Assembly (NCBI GenBank): GCA_016212295.1
Contig: JACRGO010000042.1
Location: forward strand, 1 to 61,754
From: Nitrospinota bacterium
GTDB taxonomy: Bacteria > Nitrospinota > Nitrospinia > JACRGO01
DNA length: 61,754 nt
Direction: 5' to 3'
Shown: in pieces, positions 27,371 through 34,599 of the stretch
How the letters are laid out: each line of letters opens with the position of its first letter
Position numbering within the stretch: the first letter of the stretch is position 1
Notes under the pieces: generated by a model
Told to the model about the DNA's origin: nothing
The model's database searches: none
What the model saw: only the letters and a program-made list of their open reading frames with translations
Made by a program: the position numbers and the translations under genes

Positions 27371-27466
27371 GATAGTCATTGGTCAATAGTCATTTCTCAT
27401 TGATAAACAGGAAGACACCCTAATGGCCAGTGACCAATGACTCTTTAAAGTCCGCCCGAAGGACGC
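27371..27466. repeat. word-hairpin element, family F (TAGTCATTGGTCA words) with conserved tail
   Basis: GATAGTCATTGGTCAATAGTCATT (27371-27394) versus TAATGGCCAGTGACCAATGACT (27421-27442), then CTTTAAAGTCCGCCCGAAGGACG (27443-27465). Confidence 0.75.
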
Positions 27467-27471
27467 TTTGT

Positions 27472-28596
27472 TCAGCGATTTGGTTTGGTTCCAAATTTTT
27501 TGTCATAAAATCTCCCTATTTCCCTTCCATCAAAATCCACCAGAATACATTCCACGGAAGCTGTTCCTTCCACTATTTTGAGGCAATGCCCAGCGGCCTC
27601 AGCGCACAATTCCCTTGCAAAACGGGGGACCAGGCTGCCCGGCATGATTTCATAAACATGCCTGGCCGTCCGCCCTATTTTAATTTCGTCCATCACTTCC
27701 TTGGCTGCTCCGATTTTTTCCGCCAAGCGGGCCAGGGCGTCCATTTTCAAGGTTGATTTTCTCGCGTGGGTCTGGCGGGCGCCGGACGCGATCTTCGACA
27801 TTTTCCCAATCATGGCCACGACTATTATTCTTTTTATCCCGGCCCTGGAAGCCGACTTCAAGGCGTGTCCCGCGAAATCGCCCATTTGGATGAATGCCTC
27901 TTCCCCAAGATCAATTAATTTCCTGGCGGCCTTCTCAGTCCTGCTCCCGGTTGTCAGCGCAATGGCGTCACAGCCGGAGGCCACGGCCACGGAGATGGCT
28001 TGGGACACGCAGCATTTATAGGCGCTGGTGGAATATGGAATCACGGTCCCGCGCGTTCCAAGTATGGAGATCCCTCCGATGATTCCCAGCCTGGCGTTAA
28101 GGGTCTTCCTGGCGATTTCTTCCCCGCCAGGGACGGAAATAACGGCGTCATAGCCCGCGCCGCTGTTGTCCGCGGAGCGAATGGCCTGCTCTATCATTTT
28201 GCGCGGGACGGGATTTATGGCAGGGTCCCCGATTTTCAGTCCGAGTCCAGGCTTGGTCACCACCCCCACGCCTTCTCCGCCGAGGATTTTGATTTCCGTG
28301 CCGCTGTTCCTCTTGGCCTCTGCGAAGATTTCCGCGCCGTGGGTAACGTCAGGGTCGTCTCCCGCGTCCTTTATGATGGAGCATTTGGCGGAACCGGAGT
28401 TAAAGCTTGTGAAATGGACAGGGAAGGAAACCCTTTCCCCTGTGGGAAGGAGGATGTCTACCGTTTCGGCCTTGGATTGTGACATCAGCGCCAGCACTGC
28501 GGCCTTGGCTGCCGCCGCTGCGCAAGCTCCGGTCGTATAACCGGTCCGAAGGCCCTTTCTGGATTTTATTTTTTCCCGTGAAATATTAAGAGGCAT
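27472..28596 (-). CDS. cbiD: cobalt-precorrin-5B (C1)-methyltransferase CbiD
   Basis: LRTGYTTGACAAAAAKAA N-terminus, typical of CbiD. 374 aa. Confidence 0.9.
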   Translation of the reverse strand: MPLNISREKIKSRKGLRTGYTTGACAAAAAKAAVLALMSQSKAETVDILLPTGERVSFPVHFTSFNSGSAKCSIIKDAGDDPDVTHGAEIFAEAKRNSGTEIKILGGEGVGVVTKPGLGLKIGDPAINPVPRKMIEQAIRSADNSGAGYDAVISVPGGEEIARKTLNARLGIIGGISILGTRGTVIPYSTSAYKCCVSQAISVAVASGCDAIALTTGSRTEKAARKLIDLGEEAFIQMGDFAGHALKSASRAGIKRIIVVAMIGKMSKIASGARQTHARKSTLKMDALARLAEKIGAAKEVMDEIKIGRTARHVYEIMPGSLVPRFARELCAEAAGHCLKIVEGTASVECILVDFDGREIGRFYDKKFGTKPNR

Positions 28597-28604
28597 GTTT
28601 TTTT

Positions 28605-30017
28605 TTACTTCGCCATGATTTTTCTTATGAAAAACAGGGATTTTATGGCGACTCTGGACAGCCCCATCCCCTTGATTATTTTCTTCGCCAGGGAACGGAG
28701 CTTGTATTCCCTGGGAATGATGCCGTGAAGAAATTCATAGTCAACTCCCTTTATCCTGGCTGAGGTGGGAAAGCGCACGCCCAAATTCCTGGTTTCATAA
28801 TCCAGGACAAGCCCGTTTTTCAAACACCAGTCCGCCAGCCAGGAGCCTGGCATGGGGGTAAAAAAGGACACTGATCTGATGTCCGGCTTTATCTCCTTTA
28901 TCGCCCGGACTGACTCAAGGTCGTCCTCCGGATGCCATTTCCCGTCCGAGTACGGCATCCCTAAAATGACATTGGCGTAAATCTGGATGCCTAGTTTCCT
29001 GCATATCTCCACGGCGCGGAAATTCTGCTCCACAGTGCCTCCCTTTTTCATCCATTCCAGCATTCTCCCGGAAAAGGACTCCAGGCCTATGCTCAGCATC
29101 TTGGCCCCGGCGTTCTTCATCATTTCAAACAATTCCTCGTTCTTGCATATAACGTCCGGGCGCGAGGCGGCCCACCAGCGAATCCCCTTTTTCACCAGAC
29201 CGGAATCGTGCATGGCCCGGCAAAACTCTTCCACCCATTTCACGTTGATAACGAACTGGTCATCATGAAACACAATGCTGCGGAATCGATACTTTTCGTA
29301 AAGGCCCAGGAGTTCCCGCATGACATTTTCCACGCTCCGGCTCCTGAAGACAGGCGCCCTCTTGCCGTCCTTTTCAATGGTGAAAAGGTTCTGCTCCCCT
29401 GGTCCGCAGCAGAACCTGCATTTCCATGGACAGCCCCTCTTGGTCAGCGCCTCCACCATTGGCGGCAGAAACGGGTCTCTGCCTGTGACGAAGAGCGGAT
29501 ACTTTATCCTTTCCCTGTAGTCGGGCCATAGCTCCCTGTCCTCGAATGGGACCTTGTCCAGGTCCGGGGTCTCGCCCCAAAAATGAGGACTGAAACTCTC
29601 CGGCCTTTCCACCAGCTTTGGAAAACTCAACTCCCCTTCACCCTTCAGCACGAAATCCACATCTTTATTTTCCAGGCATTCATCAGGAAACATAGTGGGA
29701 TGAATTCCGCCGATTACGGTTTTGATTTGCGGTAGGACCTTCTTGGCCCTTCGCAGGCATTCAAGCGAGGCCTCGAACTCGCAGGTGTGCATGGTGACGC
29801 CCAGGAAATCCGGCCGCTCCCTTCTTACGGCTTCTTCATAGGCGTCCCATCCGCGCATGGAACGGAGGTCCATGAGGCAAACCTGGTGTCCGGCCCCCTT
29901 CAACGCGGCGGAGAGAAAGGCAAGACTGTGGCGGATCAAGGTGTCATCAGGGAAGCCGATGGGAGCGGCAAAGGAACTCGTGACGATCTGAGGGTTTACT
30001 AACGCGACTTTCGGCAT
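28605..30017 (-). CDS. B12-binding-domain radical SAM protein
   Basis: N-terminal B12-binding-like Rossmann segment, and a CX3CX2C motif (CPWKCRFC). I chose the ATG at 30017 (MPKVALVNPQ); the ORF-track GTG at 30047 lies inside a GCGGC-box. Confidence 0.8.
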   Translation of the reverse strand: MPKVALVNPQIVTSSFAAPIGFPDDTLIRHSLAFLSAALKGAGHQVCLMDLRSMRGWDAYEEAVRRERPDFLGVTMHTCEFEASLECLRRAKKVLPQIKTVIGGIHPTMFPDECLENKDVDFVLKGEGELSFPKLVERPESFSPHFWGETPDLDKVPFEDRELWPDYRERIKYPLFVTGRDPFLPPMVEALTKRGCPWKCRFCCGPGEQNLFTIEKDGKRAPVFRSRSVENVMRELLGLYEKYRFRSIVFHDDQFVINVKWVEEFCRAMHDSGLVKKGIRWWAASRPDVICKNEELFEMMKNAGAKMLSIGLESFSGRMLEWMKKGGTVEQNFRAVEICRKLGIQIYANVILGMPYSDGKWHPEDDLESVRAIKEIKPDIRSVSFFTPMPGSWLADWCLKNGLVLDYETRNLGVRFPTSARIKGVDYEFLHGIIPREYKLRSLAKKIIKGMGLSRVAIKSLFFIRKIMAK

Positions 30018-30021
30018 TGGG

Positions 30022-30057
30022 TCGAAATTTATTTTGGGTGCGGCCACGCCGCGCTAT
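30022..30057 (-). repeat. extended GCGGC-box (reverse orientation)
   Basis: TCGAAATTTATTTTGGGTGCGGCCACGCCGCGCTAT is the reverse complement of ATAGCGCGGCGTGGCCGCACCCAAAATAAATTTCGA. It fills the cbiXC-to-rSAM intergenic gap. Confidence 0.85.
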
Positions 30058-31154
30058 AATTTATCGAACAACAACAGCACTGCGTTCATTATGGCCGCGG
30101 CTATGGGACTACCGCCTTTTCTTCCGCGGACCGCCACGCAGGGAATGCCGCTCTGGATAAGGGCGTCCTTGGATTCCTCGGCGTCAACGAATCCCACCGG
30201 CGTGCCGATGACGAACCCGGGCCTGAAGCCTTCCTTCTTATGCAGCCGGACCACCTCCCGCAGGGCCGTGGGGGCGTTCCCGATCAAGACTCCTCCGACG
30301 TTGGGCAGAGAGGCGCCTTTGCGGATGCCTAAGCAGGACCTGGTCAGTCCCGTCCTCTCCGACTCCGCCTTCAAGCCTTCATCGGAGATGAAACAATGCA
30401 AATCCATCCCGTATTTGGCTGTGAGTTTCCTGTTCACCCCTGCCATTACCATATTAACGTCCGTTAAAAGGGCCTTTGAGCCGGATATCGCTTCCTTCGC
30501 GGCCTCAAGGAAACCGGGATGAAAGTAGATCAACTTGGCGAATTCCAGATCGCCGGAGGCATGGACCGCCCTTTGGACAATAGGCAGTTCGTTTGGGCTG
30601 AAATGGTTCTCCCCCATTTCCTCCAGGATTATTCTAAAACTTTCCGCTTCGATTTCATCTGGTCTGAATTTTCCCACAGCGCGCGCAAGGGCCGGCGCGG
30701 CCTTGGCCTCGGCGTCATTTACTATTACGGCCTCCGAGGGGATCTCCGCCTCCCGGATGTCCTTGAAGGACGCGGCCTCAGCCAGGCGTTCGAGAAGTAT
30801 GTCCACCAATAGCGGGTGGAATCCGATGTTCCTGGCATAGGTGATCCGCATGTCCGGATATTTCAGCGCCTCCTGCTTGATTATCTCCGGGAGGTCCCTC
30901 CTCACGTGCATGCCCATGTGAAGAAAATACGGGGCCACGATGATTTGCTCCGCGCCCTTTTCCGCGCATGCCCTTATGCCTTCAGGGATGTCCGGGGGGC
31001 ATAGTTCCAGAAAGGCCGTCCGCACCGTGAGGAAGACGCCCTTTTCCTCCAACGACCTGGCCACCCTGAGCATATTGCCATTGGCTTCCTTCACCCGGCT
31101 CCCGTGTCCGAGAAGAAGGGCCGCTGTTTTTTTTCCCGCGAATTGATTGTCCAT
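30054..31154 (-). CDS. fused CbiX-like cobaltochelatase / CbiC (precorrin-8X methylmutase) protein
   Basis: The N-terminal half has LLLGHGSRVKEAN and APYFLHMGMHV (CbiX-type). The C-terminal half has GNAPTALREVV, VIGTPVGFVDAEESK and RGRKGGSPIAAAIMNA (CbiC/CobH-type). Confidence 0.8.
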   Translation of the reverse strand: MDNQFAGKKTAALLLGHGSRVKEANGNMLRVARSLEEKGVFLTVRTAFLELCPPDIPEGIRACAEKGAEQIIVAPYFLHMGMHVRRDLPEIIKQEALKYPDMRITYARNIGFHPLLVDILLERLAEAASFKDIREAEIPSEAVIVNDAEAKAAPALARAVGKFRPDEIEAESFRIILEEMGENHFSPNELPIVQRAVHASGDLEFAKLIYFHPGFLEAAKEAISGSKALLTDVNMVMAGVNRKLTAKYGMDLHCFISDEGLKAESERTGLTRSCLGIRKGASLPNVGGVLIGNAPTALREVVRLHKKEGFRPGFVIGTPVGFVDAEESKDALIQSGIPCVAVRGRKGGSPIAAAIMNAVLLLFDKL

Positions 31155-31222
31155 TAATCGCCTTTAGTTAATAAGAAAAAATTCAATAGATAAAGAAAAG
31201 TTGATTTTTTTAATAGAACATT

Positions 31223-31263
31223 GCGCGGCTTCGCCGCAACCAAAATAAATTTTCCGTGCATCA
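31223..31263 (+). repeat. extended GCGGC-box variant
   Basis: GCGCGGCTTCGCCGCAACCAAAATAAATTTTCCGTGCATCA. Confidence 0.8.
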
Positions 31264-31329
31264 AGGCATTTGATGATATTATAATACCAGACCAAACGCC
31301 AAGCCAGAACCAACGGGAGAAAATTCCGA

Positions 31330-33870
31330 ATGCCGGAAAAAGAAGCCACGGCCCGTATCAAGATCAACAAACTGCTCGAAGCCGCCGGTTGGCGCTTCTT
31401 CGCTGACGGCAACGCGCCCGCCAACATCCGCCTGGAACCCAGCGTCACCATCAAATCCTCCGATCTCGACACTCTCGGCAATAACTTCGAGAAGACGGCC
31501 AAGGGCTGCATCGACTTCCTGCTCCTCGACGCCAAGGGCTTCCCGCTTATCGTTTTGGAGGCCAAATCAGAGGACAAGAATCCCCTCGCCGGCAAGGAGC
31601 AGGCTCGCAAATACGCCCGCTCCCAGAACTGCCGCTTCATTATCCTGTCCAACGGCAACCTGCACTATTTATGGGACCTGGAACGCGGCAATCCCTGCAT
31701 CATCACCTCCTTTCCCACGCCCGGCTCCGTGGCGGGCTGCCAGAAGGTCACTCCCAACCCCCAACGCCTTATCGAAGAACAGGTGGCCGGCGACTACATC
31801 GTCCTCACCCAGCGTCCGAATTACCAATCCGAGGCCGCATGGCGGAACGAGGCGGAACGTCCCGGCTACATCCGTACCAACAAACTTCGCTTTCTCAGGC
31901 CTTATCAATTGAAGGCCATCCACGACCTGCAACAGGCCGTAAAGGACGGCAAGGACCGCTTCCTGTTCGAGATGGCCACCGGCACGGGGAAGACCCTCAC
32001 CGCCGCCGCCGTGATAAAACTCTTTCTTCGTTCCGGCAATGCCCGGCGCGTCCTCTTCCTGGTGGACCGCCTGGAACTGGAGGATCAGGCGAGGAAAACC
32101 TTCGCCGCCCTGCTCTCCGCCGATTTCAAGACGGTGATTTACAAGGAGAACCGCGACGACTGGCAACGCGCTGAGATCGTGGTCACCACCGTGCAATCTC
32201 TACTATTCAACAACAAATACCAGAGGCTCTTCTCGCCCACGGACTTCGACCTGGTGATCTCGGACGAAGCGCACCGCTCCATCGGCGGCAACGCCCGCGC
32301 CGTCTTCGACTACTTCATCGGCTATAAACTCGGCCTCACCGCCACCCCCCGTGACTATCTGAAACGGTTTAATTCAACCAATCCATCCACCCGAGATCCC
32401 CGCGAGGCGGAGCGGCGGCTCCTCCTGGACACCTACCGCACCTTCGGTTGCGAGAACAGTCTCCCAACCTTCCGCTATTCACTCCTGGATGGGGTGAAGG
32501 AATGTTATCTGATCAATCCCACGGTGGTGGACGCTCGCACTGAAATCACCACGGAACTACTCTCCGAGGAAGGCTTTGTCGTCTCCGTCACCGACGACAC
32601 GGGCGAGGACCAGCAGGAGGCGTTCAAACAGCGCGAGTTCGAGAAACGTTTTTTCGCGGACGCCACAAATCGACTTTTCTGCAAGACCTTTCTCGAAAAT
32701 GCCCTGCGCGATCCCGTGAGCGGCGAGATGGGCAAGTCCGTCATTTTCGCCGTGAGCCAAAGCCATGCCGCCAAGCTGTCGCATATTCTCAATCTGATGG
32801 CGGACCGCATGTTCCCCGGCAAATACCGGTCCGACTTCGCCGTGCAGGTAACCTCACAGGTCCCCGACGCCCAGCAATTCACCATTAACTTCGCCAACAA
32901 CAACCTGCTCGGCTCGGCCAACTTCCTCCCCGCCTACAAGACCAGCAAGGCCCGCGTCTGCGTGACCGTGGGCATGATGACCACCGGCTAAGACTGCACC
33001 GACATCCTCAATCTCGGCCTCTTTCGTCCCATCTTTTCGCCCACCGACTTTATCCAGATCAAGGGACGCGGCACCCGCAATCATGACTTCCGCGACCAGC
33101 TTTTCGACGAGGGCCTGAAAGAGATTGTTCGGGAGCCGAGGAAGACCGCCTTCAAGCTCTTCGACTTCTTCGCCAACTGCGAGTATTTCGAGGAGGAATT
33201 CAACTACGACGAAGTGTTGAAACTGCCCCGACCCAAGGGCAAGGGCGGCGATGGGCCAGGAGGTGACGGACCTGTGATCCTGGACGGCGCCTACGAACAC
33301 CTGGGAGAGGATATCCTCTCCGAAATAAAGGAAGAGACCATCGGACGGGAAGGCATGAAGATCGACCGCATGTTCTTTGAAAAATTCGAGGACACGGTGC
33401 GCGAAGACCCCAACATAGCCCAGGCGGTGGAGGCCGGACACTGGGACCGCGTCATTGATTACGTCAACCGCGAGGTCTTTAATAAACCCGAGGAATATTA
33501 TAATCTGGAGAAACTGCGCCAGGCCGCCGCCGTGGATCGCCGCCTGACTCTTCGCGAAATCCTGGAAAAGATCTTCGGGCTCATCCCGCGCTTTAAATCC
33601 AAAAACGAACTGCTGGAGGAGGAGTTCGCCAAGTTCGTGGCGGACGCCAAGCCGGAGGAGGCCGAGGCCATCCCGGCCATCAAGAATTACTTCAAGGCCT
33701 ACGTCACCAGCGACCAGGTGCGGCACATCATCGAAAGCAAACTCTTCACCGACCTGGCCACCAATCCGGTCTTCTCCTCCCGCGACTTCAAGGCCGTGCC
33801 GCCGAAGTATCACTCCATCATCCCGGATTACGTCAAGGACTATGTGTCCCTGAACCAGTTCGTCCTTTAA
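31330..33870 (+). pseudogene. hsdR: type I restriction enzyme R subunit (HsdR) interrupted by one in-frame TAA
   Basis: N-terminal nuclease-like IDFLLLDAKGFPLIVLEAK. Helicase motifs MATGTGKT, ISDEAHRS and LGLTATP. One frame runs from 31330 to 33870 except for the TAA at 32989-32991, inside ...VGMMTTG-stop-DCTDILNLGLFRPIFSPTDFIQIKGRGTR. I checked 32992-33213 and found no other stop. Confidence 0.8.
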
Positions 33871-33882
33871 ACGGAAAGACCT

Positions 33883-34599
33883 ATGTCCGAGAAAGAGACC
33901 CTCATCCCCAAACACGGCGGCTACCGGAAGCTGAAAAGTTTTCAAATAGCGCAATTGGTTTTTGATATTACCGTGCGCTTCTGCGAACGTTACATAGACA
34001 AGCGCAGCCGGACCACCGACCAGATGGTCCAGGCGGCGCGATCGGGGGTGCAGAACATCGCCGAGGGGAGCCAAGCCTCCGGGACCTCCAAAAAAATGGA
34101 ACTCAAACTCACCAACGTGGCCCGCGCCAGTATCGAGGAACTGCGCCTGGATTACGAGGATTTTCTAAGACAAAGAAACCTCCCCCTCTGGGGCCGCGAA
34201 GACCCCCGAAGACAAGACCTGATAAACAGGAGGTGTTCCACCGCCGATGAAGTGGCCCTCTGGGTAAAGGAAATACACGACCGTGGACGCCATGGACGGA
34301 GTGGACAGGGCAAACTCAAAGATCAGAATCATTCGTCCACAGCGTCCAATAGGTCCACCTCGTCCACTGTTTTTACTTCGTCCACCTATCCCGAAATCAC
34401 GGCGAATGCCGCCCTGACGCTCATTGCCGTGGCGCGCAGCCTCCTTGACCGCCAGCTTGCCGCTCAGGCAAAATCATTTGAAAGAGAAGGCGGCTTCACC
34501 GAGCGCCTCCACCGGGTGCGCTCCCAAAAACGCTCCTCCGCATCCGCCCGGTCCACGAAGTCCATTCCGTCCACCAAGAATAAAGGAACCCCATGTTAG
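33883..34599 (+). CDS. four-helix-bundle protein (TIGR02436-like, with suffix domain)
   Basis: YRKLKSFQIAQLVFDITVRFCERY...QMVQAARSGVQNIAEGS...ARASIEELRLDYEDFL. It carries an in-frame GTCCAC-word hairpin insertion. Confidence 0.7.
   Translation: MSEKETLIPKHGGYRKLKSFQIAQLVFDITVRFCERYIDKRSRTTDQMVQAARSGVQNIAEGSQASGTSKKMELKLTNVARASIEELRLDYEDFLRQRNLPLWGREDPRRQDLINRRCSTADEVALWVKEIHDRGRHGRSGQGKLKDQNHSSTASNRSTSSTVFTSSTYPEITANAALTLIAVARSLLDRQLAAQAKSFEREGGFTERLHRVRSQKRSSASARSTKSIPSTKNKGTPC
34281..34386. repeat. in-CDS word-hairpin (GTCCAC/GTGGAC words)
   Basis: CCGTGGACGCCATGGACGGAGTGGACAG (34281-34308) versus CGTCCACAGCGTCCAATAGGTCCACCTCGTCCAC...TCGTCCACC (34334-34386). Translated in frame as RGRHGRSGQG...SSTASNRSTSSTVFTSST. 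Confidence 0.75.

Noticed and set aside
31155-31329. Cobalamin riboswitch upstream of the cbi genes (also checked at 41078-41200 upstream of cbiA).
   Set aside because: I could not find a B12-box-like element (for example AGCCACTG/GCCACTG context) or the conserved GGTGAAAATCC-type core on the relevant strand. These regions are occupied by repeat elements instead. A covariance-model scan would be needed to be certain.
32989-32991. Alternative genetic code or programmed read-through to explain the in-frame TAA in hsdR.
   Set aside because: TAA terminates many well-supported genes in this window (for example the archease gene, rluD and the ALDH gene). A simple nonsense mutation or sequencing error is therefore more parsimonious.
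32854-34074. Long antisense ORFs: 406 aa at 32854-34074(-), plus 34596-35174(-), 53949-54854(-), 54248-55165(-), 9859-10419(-) and others.
   Set aside because: They lie opposite strongly supported GC-rich genes. They have Gly/Ala/Leu/Val-biased, motif-free translations typical of stop-depleted antisense frames, and I recognised no family.
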